From: Clostridiales bacterium
GTDB lineage: Bacteria; Bacillota; Clostridia; Peptostreptococcales; Anaerovoracaceae
Reading direction: 5' to 3'
Assembly: GCA_012841925.1 (NCBI GenBank)
Contig: DUTT01000034.1
Coordinates: 32,462-56,461 of the forward strand
Length of the DNA: 24,000 nucleotides
Shown here: positions 1 through 8,073 of the stretch, piece by piece
Layout of the letters: each line of letters begins with the position of its first letter
Numbering within the stretch: the first letter of the stretch is position 1
Program-made: the position numbers and the translations under genes
Notes under the pieces: generated by a model
Told to the model about the DNA's origin: nothing
The model's input: only the letters and a program-made list of their open reading frames with translations
Database searches by the model: none

Positions 1-1968
1 CGACGCAATCCGGGCGGTTTCGACTACGCGCTCTACCTGCGCAGCAAAGGAATACGGACGCTGTGCCGCGTGTCGCGCTATCGACTCGATGCAGGCGAGG
101 TGCGGCGTCCGGTGATGCACGCCCTTGCCGTACAAAAGGGCCGATTTCTGGATCTGGCGGCTGCCCGCATGGATCCCGACCGCTTTTCTCTGATGGCCGG
201 TCTTCTGTTCGGCGAAAAGAGCGCCATGGCTGACGACATCAGCGAAGCGTTTCGCTACAGTGGAATGAGCCATCTCTTTGCCGTTTCCGGTCTGCATGTA
301 GGTCTGCTCTACGGTGTTGTTCTTACATGCGTAAAACGCCGGAGCCGAAGCGCTGCTTACGGGATTGCGTCCGCATGCATCATCGCCTATGCGGCTCTGG
401 CAAATTTCTCTGTTTCCGTTCTGCGTGCAGCCGGTATGGCCGGCCTGTCCATGCTGGCGGTGCTTTTCCGGAGGCGCTACGATTTAACGAGCGCTGCATC
501 TGCCGTGTCGGTTCTGCTGATGACGGCGAATCCCTTCCACGTGTTCGATGCGGGTTTTCAGCTCTCTTTCCTCGCCGTCTACTCCATGGGCGTCGCTCTG
601 CCGTTTGTGGATTTGAAAATCCGCGAGCTGGCGGACCGGCGGAAAAAGGAATGGATCCGAAAGGCGGGGAGCGTGCTTGCGCCCTGCGCCGTCGTGCAGG
701 CTGGCATGGCACCGCTCACGGCCTTTCATTTCCTCATGTTTTCGCCGGTCGGGCTGTTCGTCAATCCGCCGGCGCTCTTCCTGGCCGGCCTCATGCTGCC
801 GTCGGGTCTTCTGCTGTTCCTCATTTCGGTTTTTTCCGACATCGTGACAGTTCGCGCCGGCGCAGAGACTGCGGTGTTCGAAGGATTGTTTGCTGCGACT
901 GCCGGCACGGTGGACGCTCTGGCATCCCTGCTTCTTGCGCTCTCCGCTCCCGGACGGATATTTTCAGAGACCGGTTTGCGCCCGGCTCCGCCCATCGGCC
1001 TTGTGGCCGTATTTTACGCAGGGTTTTTCTTTTACTTCTCGGAGATGAGGCATATCCTGATTCGCAGGAAAAAGCATGCGGCGCTTGCGGCCGTCACCGC
1101 GGCCGGCCTGCTGTCGGCCGCCTTGCTTCCGTACGCAGCCGGGCTGAGCGATTCGCCGCTCCCGTGGAAGTACAACGCACCGCCCGTCGTGTTTCTCGAT
1201 GTGGGGCAGGGGGACTGCATCCACATACGGAGCGGTCCGTACAATATTTTAGTTGATGGCGGAGGGCATTACTACACCGATGTCGGCCGTACGATTCTCG
1301 AGCCGTACCTTCTGAAACACGGCATTACGCGCATCGACCTGGCGTTTGTGACGCATGCCGATCTCGACCACAAAAAGGGTGTAGAGGAGCTCTCCGCCCG
1401 CATGCCTGTCGATGTGCTCGCCGTGCCGGAGCCGTATCGATTCAACCCGGACCGCTTCGACGCCATCCGGCGCTCCCGGACCGTCTATCTTTCAGCAGGT
1501 CAGACGGTCGCACTCGGGGAGGATGTGTCGTTTCGGGTACTCTGGCCGGATGCTTCCGTAACGGCTTCCGCAGGCGAGAATTCCAAGAGCCTCGTGCTGC
1601 TGTTGTCGATTGAGGGTGTGGATGTTTTGCTGACCGGAGACGTCGAGCGCGCAGAAGAGATGCGGATGACGGCCGGATATCGCTGCGATATTCTCAAAGT
1701 CGCGCACCACGGGAGCAACGGATCGACAGGTCCGGAATTCGTTGCACGCGCCGCTCCGGCTTACGCTGTCATATCGTGCGGCCGGAGCAATGCGTACGGG
1801 CATCCGGCTCCCCGCGTCGTTGAATTATTGGAGAACTCGGGTATAATGGTCGGTAGAACGGACCTGCACGGTGCACTGTGCCTTCGTTCGGCAGCCGTCG
1901 ACAGCTATGTGCTGGAAAACGCCCGCCGCGAGGTGCGCTGGATCATTCGCAAGAAGGAGGCGCAATGA
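1..1968 (+). CDS. comEC: ComEC/Rec2 DNA-internalisation competence protein (5' end lies outside the window)
   Basis: Frame 1 is open from nt 1 (RRNPGGFDYALYLRSKGIRT... precedes the listed GTG at 70). Polytopic membrane core carries the competence-domain signature GMSHLFAVSGLHVG. C-terminal metallo-beta-lactamase motifs VTHADLDH and KVAHHGS are present. The stop overlaps the holA start (ATGA at 1965-1968). Confidence 0.9.
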   Translation, partial: RRNPGGFDYALYLRSKGIRTLCRVSRYRLDAGEVRRPVMHALAVQKGRFLDLAAARMDPDRFSLMAGLLFGEKSAMADDISEAFRYSGMSHLFAVSGLHVGLLYGVVLTCVKRRSRSAAYGIASACIIAYAALANFSVSVLRAAGMAGLSMLAVLFRRRYDLTSAASAVSVLLMTANPFHVFDAGFQLSFLAVYSMGVALPFVDLKIRELADRRKKEWIRKAGSVLAPCAVVQAGMAPLTAFHFLMFSPVGLFVNPPALFLAGLMLPSGLLLFLISVFSDIVTVRAGAETAVFEGLFAATAGTVDALASLLLALSAPGRIFSETGLRPAPPIGLVAVFYAGFFFYFSEMRHILIRRKKHAALAAVTAAGLLSAALLPYAAGLSDSPLPWKYNAPPVVFLDVGQGDCIHIRSGPYNILVDGGGHYYTDVGRTILEPYLLKHGITRIDLAFVTHADLDHKKGVEELSARMPVDVLAVPEPYRFNPDRFDAIRRSRTVYLSAGQTVALGEDVSFRVLWPDASVTASAGENSKSLVLLLSIEGVDVLLTGDVERAEEMRMTAGYRCDILKVAHHGSNGSTGPEFVARAAPAYAVISCGRSNAYGHPAPRVVELLENSGIMVGRTDLHGALCLRSAAVDSYVLENARREVRWIIRKKEAQ

Positions 1969-3023
1969 GAGGAGAAGAACACGCGTTTCGCGTGTTTCAA
2001 AAAATGCTTCAATCGGATCGATTTCCATCGGTCATGCTGCTGTACGGGCCGGAGGATTACCTGATTCGCTGGGCAGGCGAAGAGCTCGAAAATGCGTTGA
2101 TTCACCCCGCGGCGGCCGCATTGGACCGCATCGTTTTTTCAGAGCGGAGAATCGATACGGCGGAGCTGATTGCCGCCTGCGAAACGCTTCCGGTGATGTC
2201 GAAGCGACGCCTCGTGATCGTGGATGACTGCGAAGCATTCGGAACGTCGCGCGGTCGGGGGACCGAGGCGGACGATCACGCTCAGCTGGCGGATTACATG
2301 CCTTCTGTACCGGAATCCACGCTGCTGCTGTTTCGAATGGAGGCTGTCGACAAGCGCACAAAGGCGTACCGGGCGGTGCGGGAGGCTGGGATCGCTTTGG
2401 AATTTTCGGCCGTCGACCGGCCGATTTTACGTGGGTTTGTTCAGAAGCAACTCAAGACCGCCGGAAAGCACGCCTCCCGGCAGGCGATCGATTCTCTGAT
2501 CGACCGGACGGGGTACGGGCAGAAGGGATCCGAATACACGCTGACTCACCTCATGAACGACCTGGCGAAGGCGATTGCCTACAGTGCCGGAACTGAAATT
2601 ACAACCGATGACTTTGATGCCGTTACGGCAGCGGAATCGCAAAGCGACGCATTCGCTCTGCTGGAAGCGGCTTTTTCGGGCGACAAGGCCCGCGCACTGG
2701 CGCTCTGGAAGCAGCACCGCAGCGGACTGCTTCCCTCCGAAGCAGACCGCGAAGTGTTCCGGATGATTGCCCTGATCTGCTCTCAGCTCGAAATGACGCT
2801 CGTTGCACGGGAACGGATCGATGAGGGGCAGAATCCGGGAGATCTGGCAACGGTGATGGGCGTCCATCCGTTCCGGCTTCGCAAAGCACTGGAAACTGCG
2901 AAGGGTCAAAGCACGCAGTCGCTTGCAAAAAATCTGGCGGGTGCGTACGAGCTGGAAGTACAGATCAAAAGCGGCCGGATGCCGGCAGATGTCGCGCTGG
3001 AGATGTTCATCGCCTGCGTATGA
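1965..3023 (+). CDS. holA: DNA polymerase III delta subunit
   Basis: ATG at 1965 follows the RBS AAGGAGG (1953-1959) and overlaps the comEC stop. The N-terminus VMLLYGPEDYLI and the ~350-aa length fit delta subunits. The comEC-holA order is the usual Firmicutes arrangement. The listed ORF start at 1878 lies inside comEC and was rejected. Confidence 0.8.
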   Translation: MRGEEHAFRVFQKMLQSDRFPSVMLLYGPEDYLIRWAGEELENALIHPAAAALDRIVFSERRIDTAELIAACETLPVMSKRRLVIVDDCEAFGTSRGRGTEADDHAQLADYMPSVPESTLLLFRMEAVDKRTKAYRAVREAGIALEFSAVDRPILRGFVQKQLKTAGKHASRQAIDSLIDRTGYGQKGSEYTLTHLMNDLAKAIAYSAGTEITTDDFDAVTAAESQSDAFALLEAAFSGDKARALALWKQHRSGLLPSEADREVFRMIALICSQLEMTLVARERIDEGQNPGDLATVMGVHPFRLRKALETAKGQSTQSLAKNLAGAYELEVQIKSGRMPADVALEMFIACV

Positions 3024-3073
3024 GCGTCTGAGAGCATGAATAAAAGAAATGAAGAGTAAAGAAAGGAGCAAAA

Positions 3074-4681
3074 ATGGAAACCTATCCGAGCATTTTCAAT
3101 GAATCCCTGGCACCGGTCACACCGGGGCCATCGAGCTCCAATACGGCCGGGCCGTTCCGCATTGCGCGTACCTGTCTTGAGTTCTTCGGTGAGCCCGTTA
3201 CAAAGGCGGCGATCGAGATGTCGTCGGGCGGCGCCTTTACGTTTACCTATTTCGGGATGCGCAGCGACCTTGCATTTATCGGCGGTCTTTTGGGCCGCGA
3301 GCCGGATCACCCGCGTTTTTTGAACGCCTACGAAGATGCAAAGCAGGCGGGCATCGAGATCGAATACCGTTTTTTGGATGAGCTTCCGCCGGATCCTTCT
3401 GAGTACGTGAGGCTGGTTCTTTCGTCGTCTGTGAGCGGCAGGACGATGACGTTCTGCGGCGCTTCGGTCGGCGGGGGCGGATTTTATCTCGACTCCGTGG
3501 ACGGATGTCCGTTTTATACGCGCGGCTATCACCACGAGGTTTTGCTGTTCTGTGACCCGGATGCACAGAGCGCATGCGAGAGCGCAGCGCGCACTCTCGT
3601 GTCCGGGTTTGAGCGCATCGAGTCGAGCCCGGGCGAAGGCTGCGCGATGATCGACATCAAGCTCACCGGCGAACCTTCGCAGGAGCTGCTCGCCTCCCTT
3701 CGCGGCATACAGGGTGTCCGCTCCGTCTGTACAGCGTCGCCGAGACATGCCGTTTCGATTTCCCGTCACCGCAAGCCGGTGTTTCTGACGCCGGCCGAGC
3801 TCGTATCCTATGCGGACGGCAAAGGCATTCCCGTGTGGCAGGCGGCTGTCGATTACGAGATGTCCCTGTCGGGCTGGACGCAGCAGCAGGTCCTGAATTA
3901 TGCGGACAAGCTGTGGGATATCGTGCTTGCATCCATCGAAGGCGGATACCGCCCGGGCAACGACATGGATGCGGTCGTGCCCTGTCGGGCGCCTCAGGTG
4001 AAAGAGTTTTACGAAAGCGGCTCGCAGGTTCCCGGCGGGATTCTCGATACCGCCGTGCCGGTCGCACTGGCGATTCAGGAGTACAGCAACAGCTCGGGCA
4101 TCATCGTGTGCATTCCGACCGGAGGGGCTTCGGGTGTCGTGCCCGGCATCATTCTGGGCGCTGCGAAACAGATGGATTTATCGCGCGGGCAGCAGGTTCG
4201 TGCGCTGCTCGTCGCCGGACTCATGGGCGTCTTCATGGCGGAAACGGACTATTTCGGAGCGTACGGATGCCAGGCGGAGATCGGCTGCGGTGTCGGCATG
4301 GCCGCCGGTGCGCTTGCAAGCCTCATGGGCGGAAATGCCCAAAATGCATGCGACGCCGCATCGCTGGGGCTGCAGAGCCTGCTCGGACTCGTATGCGATT
4401 CTGTGTGCGGAGCTTCGCAGGTGCCCTGCTTTATACGAAACATGACGGGCACGGCGACGGCGCTCGTATGCGCCAACGCCGCTATGGCCGGCCTGGATGC
4501 GCTGATTCCTCTCGACGAAATGGTCGGAGCGCTCATGCGCGTCGGTCTGACGATTCGAAGTGCGCGACTCAACACGATGGGTGCCAATGCAACTCCGACC
4601 GGAGCAAAGCTGGAAGAAGAAGAGATTGCAAGACAAAAGAAGGCGGTCGATGAAAAGCTGCAACGCAATGAAGGATCTTAA
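3074..4681 (+). CDS. Iron-sulfur L-serine dehydratase family protein, fused beta-alpha form, divergent beta domain
   Basis: RBS AAAGGAG sits upstream of ATG 3074. The alpha half aligns to SdaAA motifs: VCIPTGGASGVVPG, GAYGCQAEIGCGVGMAAG, LGLVCDSVCGASQVPCFIRN, ATPTGAKLEEE. The beta half aligns to SdaAB (SIF...PGPSSSNTAG...FIGGLLG) but replaces both conserved His motifs. Confidence 0.8.
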   Translation: METYPSIFNESLAPVTPGPSSSNTAGPFRIARTCLEFFGEPVTKAAIEMSSGGAFTFTYFGMRSDLAFIGGLLGREPDHPRFLNAYEDAKQAGIEIEYRFLDELPPDPSEYVRLVLSSSVSGRTMTFCGASVGGGGFYLDSVDGCPFYTRGYHHEVLLFCDPDAQSACESAARTLVSGFERIESSPGEGCAMIDIKLTGEPSQELLASLRGIQGVRSVCTASPRHAVSISRHRKPVFLTPAELVSYADGKGIPVWQAAVDYEMSLSGWTQQQVLNYADKLWDIVLASIEGGYRPGNDMDAVVPCRAPQVKEFYESGSQVPGGILDTAVPVALAIQEYSNSSGIIVCIPTGGASGVVPGIILGAAKQMDLSRGQQVRALLVAGLMGVFMAETDYFGAYGCQAEIGCGVGMAAGALASLMGGNAQNACDAASLGLQSLLGLVCDSVCGASQVPCFIRNMTGTATALVCANAAMAGLDALIPLDEMVGALMRVGLTIRSARLNTMGANATPTGAKLEEEEIARQKKAVDEKLQRNEGS

Positions 4682-5687
4682 AGACCACACGAGGGAAGAG
4701 CTTCGCGAGATTTTCCGCTCGCTAGGCGAACCGGCCTACAGAGAACAGCAGGTATTCCGCTGGATGGCCCGGGGCGTGGAGTCGGTCGGGGACATGACGG
4801 ATCTTCCGGCCCGCCTGCGGGATGCGCTTTCGGAGTGCTTTGCCTTCGGGACGCTTGAAGTCGAGCGCGAGCAGGTTTCGAAAAGCGACGGTACGAGAAA
4901 ATTTCTGTTTCGCCTTCCGGACGGACAGAAGGTCGAAGCGGTGTTCATGAAATACAGTTACGGAAACACGCTGTGCCTCTCGACGCAGGTCGGCTGCGCC
5001 ATGGGCTGCCGGTTCTGCGCTTCGGGCATCGACGGAAAAATCCGCGACCTGGCGGCCTGGGAAATGCTGTACCAGTACACGGCGTGCCTGGCGAAGACGG
5101 GCGAACCGGTCAGCCACATCGTGCTGATGGGCATGGGCGAACCGTTCGACAATTACGGAGAAGTGTCGAAGTTTTTACACGCGATGCACGACCCGGACGG
5201 CATCGGAATGAGCTATCGCAACATGACGGTATCCACCTGCGGACTCGTGCCCGGCATTCTGCAGTTTTCTCTCGACTTCCCTCAGGCCGGTCTGGCGGTG
5301 TCGCTCCACGCCGCATCGCAGGAAGAGCGGCTGGCGATCATGCCGGTCGCTCAAGCGTGGCCGCTTGAGGAACTCATCGAAGCGTGCAAAACGTATACGG
5401 AGCGCACCCGCAGGCGCATTACGTTTGAATACGCCCTCATCAGCGGCGCCAACGACGACGACGCGCATGCGCTGCAGCTTGCTGAGCTGTTAAAGGGCAT
5501 GCTGTGTCACGTCAACCTGATTCCGCTCAACCCTGTCAGCGACATCGCTCTCGCAGGCAGCTCCAGAGACCGGGCTGTCCGATTTGCCGAAACGCTCGAG
5601 AGAAAAGGCATCCCGGCGACGGTCCGAAGACAGCTTGGAAGCGACATTGACGCCGCGTGCGGGCAGCTGCGCCGAAACACGCTGTAA
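4668..5687 (+). CDS. rlmN: 23S rRNA/tRNA adenine-C2 methyltransferase RlmN (radical SAM)
   Basis: Contains the CAMGCRFCASG radical-SAM cluster motif, GMGEP, and C-terminal DIDAACGQL. The N-terminus EELREIFRSLGEPAYREQQVFRWM is typical of RlmN. The start is ATG 4668 (or 4650) and overlaps the preceding gene's 3' end. The listed start at 4560 was rejected. Confidence 0.93.
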   Translation: MKDLKDHTREELREIFRSLGEPAYREQQVFRWMARGVESVGDMTDLPARLRDALSECFAFGTLEVEREQVSKSDGTRKFLFRLPDGQKVEAVFMKYSYGNTLCLSTQVGCAMGCRFCASGIDGKIRDLAAWEMLYQYTACLAKTGEPVSHIVLMGMGEPFDNYGEVSKFLHAMHDPDGIGMSYRNMTVSTCGLVPGILQFSLDFPQAGLAVSLHAASQEERLAIMPVAQAWPLEELIEACKTYTERTRRRITFEYALISGANDDDAHALQLAELLKGMLCHVNLIPLNPVSDIALAGSSRDRAVRFAETLERKGIPATVRRQLGSDIDAACGQLRRNTL

Positions 5688-5702
5688 ATTCCCGCCTTCC
5701 GG

Positions 5703-5731
5703 TTGTTACCTGCGGGTGGGTCATGTATAAT
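5703..5731 (+). promoter_or_regulatory. Sigma-A type promoter TTGTTA-17 nt-TATAAT with TG extension
   Basis: TTGTTA lies at 5703-5708, followed by a 17-nt spacer ending in TG (5724-5725) and TATAAT at 5726-5731. It sits about 60 nt upstream of the 5792 start codon. Confidence 0.6.
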
Positions 5732-5791
5732 AAAAGAGAGGCAGGCTACAGGCCGCCGCGCAGATATTTTTCAAAGAAGGGGGCGATTATC

Positions 5792-6211
5792 ATGGTGCAG
5801 TTAATTATCGGTCACAAAGGCAGCGGTAAAACGAAGAAGATGGTCGAAATGGCGAACGCCAGTCTGGATAAGGTGAACGGAAGCGTCGTGTTCATCAACA
5901 AGAATCAAAGGCTGATGTACGATTTGAAGTTCCGCATACGCGTCGTATGCATGGAGGACTTTGAACACGTTACGAATATCGACGAGTACATCGGTTTCCT
6001 CTATGGGATCATCAGTCAGGATCACGACATCGAACTGATTTTTATCGACAGCATTCTGCAACACGCGGATGTCAAGCTCGAAGACCTCGAAGAATTCCTG
6101 ATGCGTCTGGCCAGCATCTCGGAAAAGTACGGGCCGGATTTTGTGGTCAGCATCAGTCAGGATATCGATGCGCTGGGAAGCTACATCCATCAATATAAAA
6201 TTTTAAACTAA
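5792..6211 (+). CDS. Small stand-alone P-loop NTPase, function unknown (139 aa)
   Basis: RBS GAAGGGGG precedes ATG 5792. Walker A GHKGSGKT is at residues 7-14, and a Walker-B-like hydrophobic strand plus Asp (ELIFIDS) follows. No other domain is present. The region is visibly AT-richer than its neighbours. The listed ORF start 5657 overlaps rlmN and the promoter and was rejected. Confidence 0.65.
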   Translation: MVQLIIGHKGSGKTKKMVEMANASLDKVNGSVVFINKNQRLMYDLKFRIRVVCMEDFEHVTNIDEYIGFLYGIISQDHDIELIFIDSILQHADVKLEDLEEFLMRLASISEKYGPDFVVSISQDIDALGSYIHQYKILN

Positions 6212-6226
6212 ACAGGGAAGTCATAC

Positions 6227-6841
6227 ATGAATCTCAAAAATATCCGGGAGACGCTCTGCGGGCGTTCGCCCGGAATCATCGAAGTGGAAAGAGCGAGTTC
6301 GGTTTTGATACCGCTCGTAGAGAAGACAGACGGGCTGTATATGCTGTTCGAGAAGAGGGCCAACGGCATTCGCCAGGGAGGAGAGGTCTGTTTCCCGGGA
6401 GGCAGGATCGACCGGGGAGAGACGCCGGCGCAGACGGCGCTGCGGGAGACAGAAGAGGAACTGGGCCTGCCGCAGTCCTGCATCGAGTTGCTCGGCGCGT
6501 TCGACACGCTGCACAACTACACCGATGTGACCATTCACACGTATATCGGTCGCATCGAGGAGCCCGCACTTTCGCAGCTGAATATTCAGGAGGACGAAGT
6601 CGAGCAGGTCTTTCTCGTTCCGGTGCGTTTCTTTATGGAAAATCCGCCGTATGTATATCGCTTCGACGTGGTGCCGGACATAGGGGAAGATTTCCCCTAC
6701 GACATGGTCGTGGATGCGCCGCAGAAGTACGACTGGCTCAAGGGCAAGTGCAACGTGCCGATCTGGAATTACGAAGGATTTACGATATGGGGACTTACCG
6801 CGAGGATGATCGTTTGGTTTCTCAAAGTATTTGACGGATAA
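6227..6841 (+). CDS. Nudix hydrolase, CoA pyrophosphatase (NudL-like) subfamily
   Basis: The Nudix box GGRIDRGETPAQTALRETEEELGL is preceded by the CoA-type upstream motif LFEKRANGIRQGGEVCFPGG. The gene starts 15 nt after the P-loop gene. Confidence 0.8.
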   Translation: MNLKNIRETLCGRSPGIIEVERASSVLIPLVEKTDGLYMLFEKRANGIRQGGEVCFPGGRIDRGETPAQTALRETEEELGLPQSCIELLGAFDTLHNYTDVTIHTYIGRIEEPALSQLNIQEDEVEQVFLVPVRFFMENPPYVYRFDVVPDIGEDFPYDMVVDAPQKYDWLKGKCNVPIWNYEGFTIWGLTARMIVWFLKVFDG

Positions 6842-6844
6842 AAA

Positions 6845-6869
6845 AGAGCCCCCTGCGGGCTCTTTTTTT
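6845..6869. terminator. Bidirectional intrinsic terminator between convergent genes
   Basis: The stem AGAGCCC/GGGCTCT has a 5-nt loop. It is flanked by an A-run (6841-6845) and a T-run (6863-6869). Confidence 0.85.
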
Positions 6870-6881
6870 ATTGCGGTAAGG

Positions 6882-7379
6882 TTATTTTTTCCTGATAAAG
6901 CGAATCTGGCACGTCGGCGCTCCCTCTGCGATCGTCTGCGGAAGTTCGAGGTCGCACCCGTACGCTTCGGCGATGCCGCGGTCGCCCATCATGGCCAGCT
7001 CGCACAACCTGGGCAGCTCTTCGTCCGTCGCTCCCTGGCGCTGCCATTCGGCCACGAGCGGGCAGTAATTGAAATCGACAGCGAAATAATCATCGGTGCA
7101 TTCGACGACGTTCATTTCGAAGACTTTCTGTCCGACTTCTTCCTTAAACGATTCCTTCATCAGGTTTTTTAAACTTTTCGTCCCGGCCGGCACGGAAGTC
7201 GCTTCTCCGTGAATGATGCCGCAGCGGTAGATCGCATCTTCTGTAAACGCATCGCTGAGGCCCGCTTTTTGCGCTTCCTTGAGCATCAGATACATCCACA
7301 GCGCCCTGTGTCCAATCATAAAGCGGTAGGTTTCGATGATCGGGTCGGTAATCGTTGGATTGTTTTGTACGTTACTCAT
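6882..7379 (-). CDS. L-2-amino-thiazoline-4-carboxylic acid (ATC) hydrolase family protein
   Basis: A strong RBS GAGGAGGAAA lies on the - strand. The Cys pattern and spacing (CPLVAEWQRQG...LCELAMMGDRGIAEAYG...TIAEGAPTCQIRF) match my recollection of Pfam ATC_hydrolase family members. The assignment is by eye only. Confidence 0.55.
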   Translation of the reverse strand: MSNVQNNPTITDPIIETYRFMIGHRALWMYLMLKEAQKAGLSDAFTEDAIYRCGIIHGEATSVPAGTKSLKNLMKESFKEEVGQKVFEMNVVECTDDYFAVDFNYCPLVAEWQRQGATDEELPRLCELAMMGDRGIAEAYGCDLELPQTIAEGAPTCQIRFIRKK

Positions 7380-7395
7380 ATTTCCTCCTCGCAGG

Positions 7396-7424
7396 TTGGC
7401 GCATGCGCGCCGCTCAGGTACAAT
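7396..7424 (+). promoter_or_regulatory. Candidate promoter for the chromate-transporter pair (TTGGCG-17 nt-TACAAT)
   Basis: TTGGCG lies at 7396-7401 and TACAAT at 7419-7424. The spacer contains the perfect 10-nt palindrome GCGCATGCGC (7399-7408). Confidence 0.35.
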
Positions 7425-7509
7425 GTCGATTATCTATATATTACGACGCTACCTGCAGCCGATGCAAGCAAAATGTGATATTATTGATGATAAATGAGGG
7501 AGGTCATCG

Positions 7510-8073
7510 ATGCTTTGGAGTATATTTGCGATTTTCTTTAAGATTGGGTTGTTTACGATCGGCGGCGGGTACGCCATGCTGCCGGCCCTGCAGGCCGAAC
7601 TCACGAAACACTGTCTTTTAACGGACGAGGAGTGCCTGGACGCCATATCGCTGGTCAACGGTCTACCCGGTCCGCTCGTCGTCACCGGGGCGACATTTAT
7701 GGGATACCGGATACGGGGAATTCCCGGAGCGTGCGCGGCGGTTCTGGGAGCGGTGCTTCCGTCGATCATCGTCATCCTCGCCATTTCGTCGGTGTTTGCC
7801 GGTGCGATAGAGCATGCGTGGGTCCGCGCATTTTTTGCAGGCGCCCGCCCGGCTGTCTGCTCTCTCATTCTGTACTCCGCCGTCCGCATTGCGCGCAGGG
7901 CGCAGATTTCACGCGCATTCAACGCTGCGCTTGCGCTCGCGACGTTCGCTGCGGTTCGCTTTCTGGGCGTGCCTCACGCGATTGTAATCGCCGGAGCTGC
8001 GTTCGCAGGCATCGCTGCCGGTTCGTTCAAAAAAGAAGCGGAGAAGGAGAATGGCCGTGGATCTGCTCAGTAA
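7510..8073 (+). CDS. Chromate transporter (CHR) family, short-chain half 1
   Basis: RBS GAGGGAGG is present. The family signature FFKIGLFTIGGGYAMLPALQAE occurs in a ~190-aa hydrophobic protein. Confidence 0.85.
   Translation: MLWSIFAIFFKIGLFTIGGGYAMLPALQAELTKHCLLTDEECLDAISLVNGLPGPLVVTGATFMGYRIRGIPGACAAVLGAVLPSIIVILAISSVFAGAIEHAWVRAFFAGARPAVCSLILYSAVRIARRAQISRAFNAALALATFAAVRFLGVPHAIVIAGAAFAGIAAGSFKKEAEKENGRGSAQ

Noticed and set aside
327-1256. Long alternative-frame ORFs inside comEC, holA and the serine-dehydratase gene (e.g. 327-1256 +, 2427-3071 -, 2906-3769 -, 3835-4653 +, 4178-4690 -)
   Set aside because: All overlap genes with clear family signatures. Their translations are Arg/Gly/Pro/Ala-rich, as expected for off-frame reading of GC-rich coding DNA. 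None has an independent start context.
5657-5791. N-terminal 45-codon extension of the P-loop ORF, and the upstream starts listed for rlmN (4560), lexA (18982), holA (1878), permease 2 (17111), the LysO large protein (10376), infC (19179) and yjjI (11053)
   Set aside because: Each extension overlaps the preceding gene, a promoter or a terminator, and lacks an RBS. In every case an internal start with a good Shine-Dalgarno sequence and a family-typical N-terminus is available.
7417-7427. Identical 11-mer GGTACAATGTC at 7417-7427 and 9980-9990
   Set aside because: I considered a repeated regulatory or mobile-element motif. In both places, however, it coincides with a TACAAT -10 hexamer placed 17 nt after a TTGnnn -35 element. 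Only two short copies exist, so shared promoter context or chance is sufficient explanation.
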